This document shows positions 1-11,892 of a DNA stretch of 64,000 nt, piece after piece. The stretch lies in the NCBI GenBank assembly GCA_964057225.1, contig OZ059897.1:11284001-11348000 (forward strand), written 5' to 3'. Numbering within the stretch: the stretch's first letter is position 1; the number at the start of each line of letters is the position of its first letter. A model generated the notes under the pieces. That model searched no databases. It saw only the letters and a list, made by a program, of their open reading frames with translations, and had not been told where the DNA came from. Both the position numbers and the translations under genes were made by a program. The DNA comes from Auanema rhodensis. Lineage: Eukaryota > Animalia > Nematoda.

Positions 1-38
1 AGGAAAATGAAAAACGACCACACGCAATCAACCCACTT

Positions 39-209
39 TTATATAATGAGCAACAATATGACTAGTGTTGTACAAAAGCCCAATCCCAATGCTATACCTT
101 TAATAAATGGCACTGAAATACATTTCAACATTCTCCTGTATAAAGGCGCTGGTTTAGATTGCTCCAACGTGTATTTGACACATAATTCACAGTGACAAGG
201 AATATTCAT
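39..209 (-). CDS. Small Maverick protein (56 aa) with N-terminal Cys/His cluster and C-terminal hydrophobic helix
   Basis: ATG ORF MNIPCHCELC...GIALGLGFCTTLVILLLII; also at 38878-39048 and 51721-51891. Confidence 0.5.
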   Translation of the reverse strand: MNIPCHCELCVKYTLEQSKPAPLYRRMLKCISVPFIKGIALGLGFCTTLVILLLII

Positions 210-250
210 AACTGACCACGTAATGTAGCAGGTTATTAATGACAAATTTC

Positions 251-706
251 TTATATAGTAGCCAATTTATAGTCGAATACTTTATGCATAAACGCTTTAA
301 TAAAGACATCATCATTTTTCAATAGTTTAAAAAATGAACAAATGCTTTCAAATGAATTACCAGCCGACAACATTAGTATTACAAATACCACATAGCCACC
401 ACAAGTGTATTCAATTATGCGTTGTGGTTTGCAAGTATTAATTTTTACCTTTTTATATTTGGCCAGATAATTTTGAATGTACTTGTTCATTTTATATCCC
501 AAGCTACAGAAAAAATAGGCTTGCTTGTTACGGACAAAGATGACCTGCCAATGTGTGCCTGGCTTATCATGTGTGTCAGTATTTACGACAAGTGCAAAGT
601 TTTTACGACGCGTTTTGGGTAGAGTATCAGCGCTATATACACCGAGGAATAGTTTCCGAGTGCTGGGGACAGATTGCAATAGTGATACTATTTCAGACGA
701 ATACAT
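251..706 (-). CDS. Adenain-like cysteine maturation protease
   Basis: FLGVYSAD, VVNTD..KPGTHW (His), PQ..CGGY (Gln/Cys); 151 aa from ATG. Confidence 0.9.
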   Translation of the reverse strand: MYSSEIVSLLQSVPSTRKLFLGVYSADTLPKTRRKNFALVVNTDTHDKPGTHWQVIFVRNKQAYFFCSLGYKMNKYIQNYLAKYKKVKINTCKPQRIIEYTCGGYVVFVILMLSAGNSFESICSFFKLLKNDDVFIKAFMHKVFDYKLATI

Positions 707-757
707 TTTAGTAGAATGATCTAGTGTAACTTTTGTATTGCGCGCGTGCGGTTCGAT

Positions 758-1210
758 ATGCCGCACCTCCTTTTGGATGTCAACTCTATTCAATGGACAA
801 CACTTTTAAATCAACAAATGGGTGGCGCCCCATTTAGCGGAATGATGTTTCAACGTGGAATGCAGAGGGGTCATGGTTTGGGTGGTATTTTGGCAACTTT
901 GGCATCATTTCTACCACGCATCATTCAATCACCTATAGCCCAAAATCTCATCAATGCCGGAAGAAACGCCTTATCCAGTGCTGTAAGCAATAGTCCAGTT
1001 GTAAATTCACCTCTTGGCGGCCAGTTGCTGAAAACTGGTAATGAAATTGTCGATGGGGTGCTGAAAGGCGATAATATGAAGGAAACTCTTAAAACAGCCG
1101 GCCGACAAGCTATACGAGATCTTACCGGCTTGGGCAAACGGCGACGACGCAAAACCACAAAACCTCATAAGCGGTTGTGCATCACTCGTGAGCGGTCGTT
1201 TCACATTAAA
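758..1210 (+). CDS. Putative virion core / membrane-penetration protein (reads in frame into MCP in this copy)
   Basis: QRGHG motif, amphipathic GLGGILATLASFLPRII, adenain-type site LTGL/G, KRRRRK; directly upstream of MCP. Confidence 0.65.
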
Positions 1211-2536
1211 ATGGCTAAATTGATAGATTCAAAATCAGCACAAGCCCTTTTACCTAATATCAACTATGGTGATATACCTGCGTCGGCATTAGGTGTTGAA
1301 TCCACTCGTACTGTACAAGTCCCTTTGAAAAATACGTTTCTTCCTCAAGGACCATGGGAATTTGTTATAGCTCAAAATTCCAAATCATTCCTCAATCTGA
1401 GAAGATGTTGGTTGAATGTAAAATTTAAAATTGTAACCACAAACGGTGATCCAGTACCAGATAACCTTGTTTTTGCACCATGTCAACAATTTGCTGCCAG
1501 TTTAATACATTCGTATCATTTGAAAATTGGTGATGTTAGCGTGTATGACTCTACCGTGAATCATGCCTATAAAACATATATCGAGAATATTTTAATGTAT
1601 AGCAACGATGTTAAAGAGAGCAAACTTGCCATTTCAGGCTATTATGCTGATAGATATATAGATAATGCATCCAGTGCTGGAATTAGAACGCGTCAAGCGC
1701 TTGTAAAAAATGGCATATTGTGTGAGATGGCTGCTCCCGTCAGTATCGACCTATTTAATCAAGAGCGACTGTTTGTAAACTATTCAAAAATGGAGCTAAC
1801 TGCATATCCAAACCGTAATAACTTTTTAATTGACACTCTAGGCTGGAATAATGAAAACAAGGATACTACATTAAAAGAGGAGTTTCCAAATTTGAAAGTA
1901 GATATCAGCGATGTACATTTGCTCATTCAAGAGTTTGATCTAAACGCTGGATTAGCTATGGCTATAGAAGATAAACTCGCAAAGGATCGAATACACTACC
2001 CCATGAAAATGCGCTCTTATTTCATAGAAGGAGGCCGCTTGGATTCACCTAATAATATATTATTCACGTCTCATACACCTAAACGTGTCGTAGTAGGTCT
2101 TGTTGGCGCACACGCTTATAATGGTACTTTTAAACATTCGCCATTCAACTTTAAACCGTTTGATTTGAAAAATATATACTTGACGCTCAACAATAGGGTA
2201 ATACCTACCCGTCCTTATAATTTAGAATGGCGATCTTCCTATGCCACAGCATATATTGACATGCTGGAAGGTTTGGGACTTGGTCGTACAGATTCATCCA
2301 ATGGTATTACACCAGCAATGTATAAAGCTGGTTTCACATTTTTTGTATTTGATATTTCTCCTACTGTGCATTCGTCAGAGTTATTTGATGTTATACGACA
2401 AGGTAATGTAGCCTTGAAATTGGAATTTGGTCAACAAACGCCGCAAGAGGGCTTATATGCAATTGTTTATGCAGAGTATGACTCTATTCTTTCAATTGAC
2501 AACAATCGTGCTCCATATATTGATACCAGTTTGTAA
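1211..2536 (+). CDS. Double jelly-roll major capsid protein
   Basis: 441 aa; GPWEF, PKRVVVGLV..AYNG...SPFNFKPF, GFTFFVFDISP, GNVALKLEF, YAEYD resemble polinton MCPs. Confidence 0.88.
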   Translation: MAKLIDSKSAQALLPNINYGDIPASALGVESTRTVQVPLKNTFLPQGPWEFVIAQNSKSFLNLRRCWLNVKFKIVTTNGDPVPDNLVFAPCQQFAASLIHSYHLKIGDVSVYDSTVNHAYKTYIENILMYSNDVKESKLAISGYYADRYIDNASSAGIRTRQALVKNGILCEMAAPVSIDLFNQERLFVNYSKMELTAYPNRNNFLIDTLGWNNENKDTTLKEEFPNLKVDISDVHLLIQEFDLNAGLAMAIEDKLAKDRIHYPMKMRSYFIEGGRLDSPNNILFTSHTPKRVVVGLVGAHAYNGTFKHSPFNFKPFDLKNIYLTLNNRVIPTRPYNLEWRSSYATAYIDMLEGLGLGRTDSSNGITPAMYKAGFTFFVFDISPTVHSSELFDVIRQGNVALKLEFGQQTPQEGLYAIVYAEYDSILSIDNNRAPYIDTSL

Positions 2537-2673
2537 TGTATGTAATAAATTCTTTAAAAGCTTTAAGAATAAAATTTATTAATACAACTATTTTTAAAAA
2601 TAAATACATGTACAATGATAAAATTTTATAAATACAAATATATACAAGATAAAAATTCATAAATTCAAATATA

Positions 2674-5600
2674 TTAAACACAATAACCGTAGGGTAAAGT
2701 ACTATAATCTTGTAGATAACAAAGTTTATCCATTACAACTTTAGTACTAAAGTAGTTTCAAAGTTTACCACTGATGCTGCCGTGTGGTCCAACCTCTGAA
2801 AATTATAAAATTATTTGAAAAGTCAAAGCTCGTACTTACCACTCCCTTTGCCTTTGTTACATACTTTACATCACCAGCTGCATTTACAAGTTTATAACTA
2901 TAAACTTTTGCCGCTGGTGATACAAACTTGGTCATTGACCAACCATCGGGTATTTCAGAGGTTAGTTTACCTAACCATTCACCCTTCATATCCTCAATTG
3001 GATCTGACTCATCCAGGCACCTTTGATAAATTAGTGAATCCGTGTCTGAATAATGTAAGTTTAAATTGAATACAAGTATAAAATTACCTGTATACACCAA
3101 ATTCTTTCCAATTTTCTCCATTGCCTTATACAATAGTAGCCTTGCATGAGCGGTTGTATAGGCCGCAAAAGCTACATTTGTAAAAGGCGGTGGTGCCAAA
3201 TGTGAATCCTCTGGTACTGTTGTGCAGTACGCAACATTATCCACAATTTTGAACCCAGTGAGTTCCCTTGCAGGATCAGTAATAATCCTACCAATTTCTG
3301 GGTCCTCAACACCAATAATCTTGGTTTGGGCTTTATCTGGTCTTTGACCCATTTTACCCCAGACACTATAAGAAAATTTGTAATGTATTGTTTTAAAAAG
3401 TTTACAAACCTATTTAGCTGCAGTTTGGCAATGCTACGCATGGCAGCATTCTTTTCATTTTTATTGCTCTCCAGAGCAACACCAGTGTTCTCCTCGTGTT
3501 CTTGGAGATAAATCACCTGTAAAATTCTATTTAATGTGATACTTTTATTAAAACATACCTTTTCTTCCTCTGTCATGTTTGACTTTGGCCAGCCCGACGC
3601 CTCTTGTTTAATTTTTATGTACTTTTGTACAAACTCTTTAAACAGGCCGCCTTGTTGCCATTCTTCCCAGTGCCACACCTCATGCACATGAAGCACTTTA
3701 TAGCCACGTTGTATGGCACACTCGAGCTCAACATGTGTCACGGTTAGATGCAGCTTTCGAGCATTTACATCATTTTGGTGCTCACATGCTACATTTTTAC
3801 TTTTGACTGCACAAGTGCGGCAGTTTGTAAAAATTAGTTTACCGCCAATACGTGTCCCTAATACAGGGTACAGCAAATTTGTGGGTGCAAGCACGTCACA
3901 TTTTACTAGACCCTTGTATGGGCAACATGTCTCAAAGCTTTTGAAACCCTCAGTAATCACTTTGGGATTACCTACAGGGTAGTAGGCATCAAAGGCTGTG
4001 ACATATGGATATAGTGAACAAAAGTCCACATACTCGAGCGAGTATCTATCCGAAGCTTGTGCCAAAAGCTTATATGTCTGGGTGCGGCCACCGGTAAAGG
4101 CATCTCTAGGTGCCAAGCGTGTAACAACATTTGTTTCACGCATAAATTTCGCCATTTCTTCATTGGCCGAAATTTGAGCATTAATTTCGTGCTCCCACAC
4201 TGTGGTAACACTAATGCCTTGGCTTTGAATTGCTTGAAGCCTTTTCATGGTTTTATCATAAACCTAAATTTTTCAAATTAAAATGATTAAAAAAGTCACA
4301 ATTACCTCTTCCATTGTTTCACCATTTCTGCCTGGTGCTATAGCGCTCTTGTTGGTGCACTGGGGGCAACCATGGTAAATGCAACCATTAATCTACAAAA
4401 ATTTGCATTTTTTACATTTATTACAAATTACTCACCTCATAGCCATGATTGGCAACGGGGTCATAAGCATCGAGTAGATAGCGATGGCCATCTACTCTCA
4501 CTGCAAATTCGCCACCATTAAGCTTATGCATTAATGGGCGGCCCAATCCTTGTTCTAGCCATTTTATATACTTTATGGCTATTATACTCTGCTTTTGACC
4601 GGCATAATAACCAGTCTCGGGCAGAATACCCACTTGGTTCTCTTTAATATGATTCATTTTCAACTGTAATATACTAGTTTTGAAAATGCTTGTATTTTAA
4701 AAAACTTGCCTGGAATAAAGAGAAACTGGCAAATGTCATACATTGTATGACAGGGTTCCAGCCAGTGGTGGCGGTTGCCAACTTCATGTAAACTTTCATA
4801 CAGTTGGTTAAAATACGGACATCTGTCCTACAATATTCCAAAAGCTCTTCATCAAAATCAAACGCTCTTTGATTACGCTCTTCATACCAAATATTGAATG
4901 AAGCTAGGTCTTCTGCTTTCATTCTAGCAGTACAATAGTACTGTTTTGGTGGTAAAGATGGCAACACTTTGCCATAATTTATTGGATGATTATAGAGGTA
5001 AGGAAACTGTCCTTTACTCATATCAGGTACACCAAATGCCTTGGGTAACGCTGATAGGGGTAAAGGCACTAATAAATAACTATCTTTAAAATATAAATGA
5101 TTAAATTTTTGACCTCTTAAAGGCTTGACAACCATGCTTATAATCTTGGTCCCATTTAAAATTGGATCAGGATATATACCACGGTTTATCAGCCTAGACA
5201 CCAAGAAATGTATGTCAAAGCGTGAACCATTATGCGCAATCAAAATTGCATTATCATTCTCAACAGAGTTGAGTAACCAATCAAGGAAACGATCTGTTAC
5301 AGACCATTCACTATCACCTTGTTGGTACCCAAAATGGCCCTCCTTGGTTGTGCATTTTTCGCATGAATTGGCGTCTATACAACTTTCACAAAATTTGTTA
5401 TACACAACCATATTGGGCCATTGTTCATCTGCATATTCATGAACATTTGTACCGTTTTTTAACACAACCGTTTCAAAGTCATAAAATATAATCTTAAACA
5501 AGTAAGCATTACACTTGTAAAGATGTTAAATACAAACCTTGTATTTCTCTTGCCTCTTTTTTAATCCTTCTTCTTGTCGTTAGGTGGTACCCAACAACAA

Positions 5601-7778
5601 GAATGATCTTCAGGCTTTGTCTGGCCACACTTTTTGCAAAATTTCTCATTGCAATTGTGCGGTCTATCAGCACGTACTCTGTGATAATGATCACAGTTTT
5701 CACATGTCTGAATTTAGTCTTGTTAAATTTTATATATATTTTTTAAATTACCTTAAACATTCGACATGTTTTTCTAATATGCCTGTCAAAGCATTGACGA
5801 GTTTTAAACAAAACTCTACAACTATCACATCTTATGCTACTTTCAACCACATTTTCCATCGAATTACATTTTAAGGTGTGGCATTTCTTACACTTGGCTT
5901 TACATCTATGCAACACTGTTTTGTAAGATAATTTACAGTGTTGGCATATAATACCATCAAAAAGCTGTGATCTACTACAAGTTGTAATACAGTCATAATG
6001 ATTATTTCGGTAGCCTAGTGTTACCACTTTGCTAGCCGTTTCATTAAAGATACGCTGAATAGCGTACATACGCTGTCCAGGTGGCCTACCGTATAATACA
6101 AACTTATAGTCTGTATTACAACTTGCAATAATATTTAAATGATTCAAATTATAATTTGGTAAATGTACAGAAATACCACACCTATTTAATAAATTGATAT
6201 GATGTGGTTGATTTGGCAACAAGATGTAGTTCCGACGAAGATTTTGTATCCTCCGCTTTTCAACAACATCTTCTGCTGCCTCTTCATCGGCTTTCCACAT
6301 TCCCACAACTGCTGCTCTAGCCAGGCAATGTGTATCAGTGTTCTCAATTGTGCCAGGTATTTTGAGTTCGGCATCAAAATAGAAACCAACTCTACCTTCA
6401 CCAGGCATCAGGCTTGGCTGCACCGGTCTTTCATCAAACACATACATTTCAATATTCATTGCCTGGCTAATTACAGCCTCTCGCTTTGATTGCTGCACCT
6501 TGCTGATGGCATTCATGATGGCAACGCCATCCAAATGCTCCCTTCTACGGAAATCCATAAATATGGATCCCTTTTCAAAGGATGGGTGCTCTATTGATAA
6601 ACAAAACAGTGCTTTTTGTTTATCTGGCACACCACTTTCAGCAAGGCACCGATCAAGAAACTCATTAAATAGCCGCGGCATGACAACATGCATTGGCTCA
6701 TTAATGGCTTCCAAATGTGGGAACGTGAGCGATCTAACGACCACGTTGGTGAACCGACCAGTTCGTTTTATGCGTCGGTGTGACCACTATAATACACACT
6801 TTTTATAATGGTTATACGCTTTTAATTTAAATATAAATAATTTTTGTTTATAACTTTTAATAAATTTACTTTTCTTTAAATTATTTTTATTAATGTTTAA
6901 AAATAAATGGCATTTGATTTTTAAATATAAAGTTTTTTTTTTCAACTTTGAAAAAACTTTTATAAACATTTGTTAATGTTTAAAAATAAATGAAAAGGTC
7001 AAGATTGTGTTTTATTATTTTACTAGTTCAAAATGTTTGAAATATTTATAATTTGTAAGAATTCAAAATCGGTTGAAAGAAAGATAGATGAGGAAAGATA
7101 GATAGATAGTGAGATGAAATGTAAAGATTTTAAAATGAATGCTGTTCAAAAGAATGAATATGTAAATTTCAAAATACTTGCAATTTATTTGATAAAAGAT
7201 ATAGATTGAGATGAAATGTAAAGATGAGAGAGAGAGAATTTTATGAATGCAATTGAAAAAGAGAAATAAATTTCAAAATGTTTTCAAAATATGCAACTGG
7301 AGCAAGAGAAAATTTCATGTTTCAAAAGATATATTATGAAATGATATGTAAATAAAAGATCGCACCTCTATTTTACAGACATCGTTGAAAGCCGCTCCAT
7401 ATCCGACTTGCCCTCCACTGGTTGATGGGGTAGCGGGATCCCATTCTCTTAAAAAGAAAAAACTAATTGTTATAATTTTTAATATCGCTTACTCATCACT
7501 GTCATCCAAGGTTATTACTTCAATAACCCTTGATGATGAGGGCCCACTGTTAAAAGTGGGTGATGTGGGCTCACAGAGCTCGATCCCACCAGCCTCGGTA
7601 AACTTTATACGTTTACTAAAAAACAAAATATATATAAAGATTCAAAATTGTGTTAAATTACCTGAGCTGATTAATCTCTTCATAATCAAATCCTAGCTCT
7701 TCACATAAACGTTTATAACTGAAAAAAGAAAAAGTTTACAAACAAATAATCAAAAAGACACAACCTATTAGCAGCCAT
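2674..7778 (-). pseudogene. Protein-primed family B DNA polymerase, 14 predicted exons; 4-bp exon frameshift (~5563) and C-terminal deletion
   Basis: Exonuclease motifs FYDFET, AHNGSRFD, YCRTD; polymerase motifs DFCSLYP, KLQLNSVWGK, YTDTDS restored by splicing short introns. Confidence 0.88.
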
Positions 7779-8177
7779 TGTACCTTGATATAATGAATAT
7801 ATCAGTCTACACATTGCTGTTGGCATTGTAATTTGTTATGTAACATGGATTTGGGTACAGCTGTCAAAACTAGTAGTTGCGATAAACTTTAAAATAAATA
7901 AGCTTATTGAATACATCTGTTTTTATTGTCCCCGTCGGATTAATTTTTGTTATTAGTTCTTATTAAATTAACTGTATGCGTTTCATTGAGGTCAGCGCAA
8001 CTGTTTGTTAATCTTATTGTATTTACCTTCAATGTGTGCTCTATTTAGTTATTGTATTGTTATATTAGTAAAATAAAGTTAAAAACTAATCTTTTATTAT
8101 AATTTGAAACCTTTACTTGTTAGAATAAATATAATTAATAACAATTTGTAATTTCAAAAATTAATAATAATTTAATG

Positions 8178-8331
8178 TCGTTCTTATCGAATTAACTTTC
8201 GATATGTGTTCCATTAAATTTTGGTATTTCATATCGTTCTTATCGAATTAACCTTCGATATGTGTTCCATTGAATTTTGGTATTTCATATCGTTCTGATC
8301 GAATTAACCTTCGATATGTGTTCCATTGAAT
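8178..8331 (+). repeat. Three 56-bp tandem repeats inside the TIR
   Basis: TCGTTCT(T/G)ATCGAATTAAC(C/T)TTCGATATGTGTTCCATT... starting at 8178, 8234, 8290. Confidence 0.9.
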
Positions 8332-8824
8332 TACCCATAACAAGTACGGTGAACAAATTTATCTACATGCAAAAATTTTATTGATCTTTAAAAATACAAA
8401 TAAAATAGTACAAACACAATACAATAAAAAATAAACAAAATAAGTAAACAAACATAATTAATAAATATAATAACTGAATAAAGAAATAAAATTTTAAAAC
8501 AAATTAATATATTTAAAATTTAAATATAATTTATATATAAAATTTAAAGTTTAAATATAATTTATATATATAAAATTTAAATATATTTTAAATATTTAAA
8601 GTTTAAATATAATTTATATATATATAAAATTTAAATATAATTTAAATATTTAAAATTAAGTTTTTTATTTTTACTTAATATATTTAAAAATAATTAAAAA
8701 TATATACATACATTTGAAAAAGCATATTTAAATTTGATTAAAAAAAAAAATCATGCTTTAAATCATGACTTTTATATTTAAAAAAGGAAAATCCATGAAC
8801 CATGATCCCAAAATATGATTTTAA

Positions 8825-8935
8825 CAGCTGACGCTCAAAAATATGTTTTTGACAGCTGACGCGCCCCAAAAGTATGTTTTTAGCAGCTGACGCCCCCAAA
8901 AGTATGTTTTTGACAGCTGTTTGGGGGCGTGGTTA
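8825..8935 (+). repeat. Subterminal ~30-bp repeats with four CAGCTG cores
   Basis: CAGCTG at 8825, 8853, 8884, 8914. Confidence 0.85.
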
Positions 8936-8959
8936 GTAAATTTTGCACGGCTCTCTACT

Positions 8960-10303
8960 CACCAACGTGGTCGTTAGATCGCTCACGTTCCCACATTTGG
9001 AAGCCATTAATGAGCCAATGCATGTTGTCATGCCGCGGCTATTTAATCAGTTTCTTGATCGGTGCCTTGCTGAAAGTGGTGTGCCAGATAAACAAAAAGT
9101 GCTATTTTGTTTATCAATAGAGCACCCATCCTTTGAAAAGGGATCCATATTTATGGATTTCCGTAGAAGGGAGCATTTGGATGGCGTTGCCATCATGAAT
9201 GCCATCAGCAAGGTGCAGCAATCAAAGCGAGAGGCTGTAATTAGCCAGGCAATGAATATTGAAATGTATGTGTTTGATGAGAGACCAGTGCAGCCAAGCC
9301 TGATGCCTGGTGAAGGTAGAGTTGGTTTCTATTTTGATGCCGAACTCAAAATACCTGGCACAATTGAGAACACTGACACTCATTGCCTGGCTAGAGCAGC
9401 AGTTGTGGGAATGTGGAAAGCCGATGAAGAGGCAGCAGAAGATGTTGTTGAAAAGCGGAGGATACAAAATCTTCGTCGCAACTACATCTTGTTGCCAAAT
9501 CAACCACATCATATCAATTTATTAAATAGGTGTGGTATTTCTGTACATTTACCAAATTATAATTTAAACCATTTAAATATTATTGCAAGTTGTAGTACAG
9601 ACTATAAGTTTGTAGTATACGCTAGGCCACCTGGACAGCGTATGTACGCTATTCAGCGTATCTTTAATGAAACGGCTAGCAAAGTGGTAACACTAGGCTA
9701 CCGAAATAATCATTATGACTGTATTACTACTTGTAGTAGATCACAGCTTTTTGATGGTATTATATGCCAACACTGTAAATTATCTTACAAAACAGTGTTG
9801 CATAGATGTAAAGCCAAGTGTAAGAAATGCCACACCTTAAATTGTAATTCGATGGAAAATGTGGTTGAAAGTAGCATAAGATGTGATAGTTGTAGAGTTT
9901 TGTTTAAAACTCGTCAATGCTTCGACAGGCATATTAGAAAAACATGTCGAATGTTTAAGGTAATTTAAAAAATATATATAAAATTTTACAAGACTAAATT
10001 CAGACATGTGAAAACTGTGATCATTATCACAGGGTGCGTGCAGATAGACCGCACAATTGCAATGAGAAATTTTGCAAAAAGTGTGGTCAGACAAAGCCTG
10101 AAGATCATTCTTGTTGTTGGGTACCACCTAACGACAAGAAGAAGGATCAGTTAAAAAAGAGGCAAGAAAAATACAAGGTTTGTATTTTACATCTTTACAA
10201 GTGTAATGCTTACTTGTTTAAGATTATATTCTATGACTTTGAAACGGTTGTTTTAAAAAACGGTACAAATGTTCATGAATATGCAGATGAACAATGGCCC
10301 AAT
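8960..10303 (+). pseudogene. Maverick B-type polB fragment, antiparallel to A1
   Basis: Begins CACCAA right after the A terminus; direct repeat of 23440-24783; breaks at ...GGCCCAAT. Confidence 0.9.
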
Positions 10304-10424
10304 GGAATTTCATGATACTGCTCTTGAAACTCTTTATCAGATTCATGGTAACAACGATGAAACTCTTCTGACCACGTTTGACCAAATGACAGCTGCCCGT
10401 ACAAAAAACTTATGTTTGTATGTT

Positions 10425-10825
10425 TGCAATACTTTATAATTCTTTACTTTATTCTTTCTATAATTTTTATGTATTTCTTTATTCTGTGTTTTATATTTTA
10501 TATTTTATAATTCTAGTTTCTTGTCTTAGTGTATTATGTTATCAGTTATATTTTGCAGCCTCAGCATTTTCTGAGATAGTTATAATTGTCATTGACAACT
10601 TATAACCTTTCGTGGAAAATGCTGATAACATTCGCTATATAAGCTTGCCATTCAACTGAATCTTCAGTTGGCGGACTTATCTTTATCTTTATTTGTTTAT
10701 TGTTTAAATGCTTTTTATTTATAATAAATCTTTCTCTCTTCCTCAAATCTTATTGTTTCTTTTACAACATATCAATCTAAGGGTCAATAACATGGAACAT
10801 TAATATCCAAATAATGGATATTACA
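10425..10825 (+). repeat. 5' LTR
   Basis: TG...CA; matches 19403-19803 apart from about 3 substitutions. Confidence 0.93.
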
Positions 10826-10838
10826 TGGAGGTTCCACC
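10826..10838 (+). promoter_or_regulatory. Primer-binding site, tRNA-Gln
   Basis: TGGAGGTTCCACC immediately after the LTR; complementary to the tRNA-Gln 3' end GGUGGAACCUCCA. Confidence 0.85.
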
Positions 10839-11892
10839 TTAGAATCTTTTTACGATTTTTCGAACTCGATTAAATTATGAATTATCATTCAGTTAAAGAG
10901 AATTTATTTTTTTGAGCTATTTCCCTGGGCTACCACCTCTCTTTCCAATTCAGTACGAAGGGTCTCACTCATTTTTTTAATAAACAGGGTTGATATTTTG
11001 CGCAAGGGTGAGATACTGAATTGGCCAACTTTTCGATTTCTTTTTGTTTCTGCGCAGTTGTACTTTTGATTTTTCATTGTGGCGAAAAATATATATTTTT
11101 TGGAAATGGAAAAGCTGTTTGATATAAGCAAAATTGGACCTTAATAAAGTCAATTTGCGATATTTTTGATAAAGATTACAAGTTTGTACTAACAGAATGG
11201 CCACTGTAAGAAAATAACATCCGCTGTATCATTTGTCATATTTGAATTTAAACCTTCCTCTCATAATTTTTTGATTGTTGATTCAAGTTGAAACAAAGAC
11301 TTTGGAATTTGAAAGATGCCTTGTTTGGTAATTCATTGTTATTCAGTAACAATTGAGATTTTGATTTGTCCGCCATACTCACTTCTCTAATTTATCAATC
11401 ACATTGTCACATAATCATATCCTATCATCATCTTAACAATTAATTATATTCACACTTTTTTTTTCCTCTCTATAGTTTGTTTTTCTATGAATTCATTAAT
11501 TAATTAATCTTCAACCCATATTATTATATATCTTTTTTTTCTTCGATTTTTTTTTTCATGTTATTCACTAATTTATTCACTATTAACTATTCATATTCTT
11601 ATCTTGTTTACTAACTTATTCCACTATTTTACATTGTAGATTGTTCTGACTTTCCTCCCTTTCCAAAACGGCAACCTCCAAGAATAATTATACGGATACG
11701 CCTTTCCGTACCTCTCAAAGATTAAGAGACAAGAGAAATCGTATTTCTCGATTTCCTTTTCCCGATAGTGACGACTCGTTTGACAACGATTTAAGTCCAT
11801 CGGACGACGAAAAAACGCCACACTTGGCTGTAACACCGAAAAAAGAAAAAACTCCCCAGCGCGAAAAACTACCTCTGAAGCTTCTACTCAAC

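Larger units (their letters stand above)
1..8959 (+). mobile_element. Maverick/Polinton copy A1 (right part; left part outside window)
   Basis: Same gene order as 51683-59424 (protease, core/MCP, pPolB); ends in terminus ...GCACGGCTCTCTACT at 8959. Confidence 0.93.
7985..8959 (+). repeat. Maverick right terminal inverted repeat (copy A1); inner boundary approximate
   Basis: Reverse complement of 45215-~46055. Confidence 0.85.

Noticed and set aside
2765-6744. Separate 195-, 358-, 80-, 275- and 333-aa genes
   Set aside because: Exons or exon groups of one spliced pPolB; their ends are intron read-through
7385-7696. 103-aa ORF (also 21865, 31408, 60705)
   Set aside because: Antisense to polB exons 2-4, whose splice signals are on the other strand
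8178-8331. Palindromic repeats resembling a CRISPR array
   Set aside because: Units are contiguous 56-bp tandem copies with no unique spacers, inside a eukaryotic transposon TIR
8943-8959. ORF starts 'MHGSLL' at 8943, 23423, 30160 and 45231
   Set aside because: TTG-start artefacts reading out of the Maverick terminus into flanking DNA
6740-8975. Autointegration of a single Maverick into itself
   Set aside because: The two antiparallel polB segments differ at many sites, so they are different copies
10420-11836. Short hydrophobic or Lys-rich ORFs in the LTR and leader
   Set aside because: Low-complexity AT-rich chance frames with no motifs
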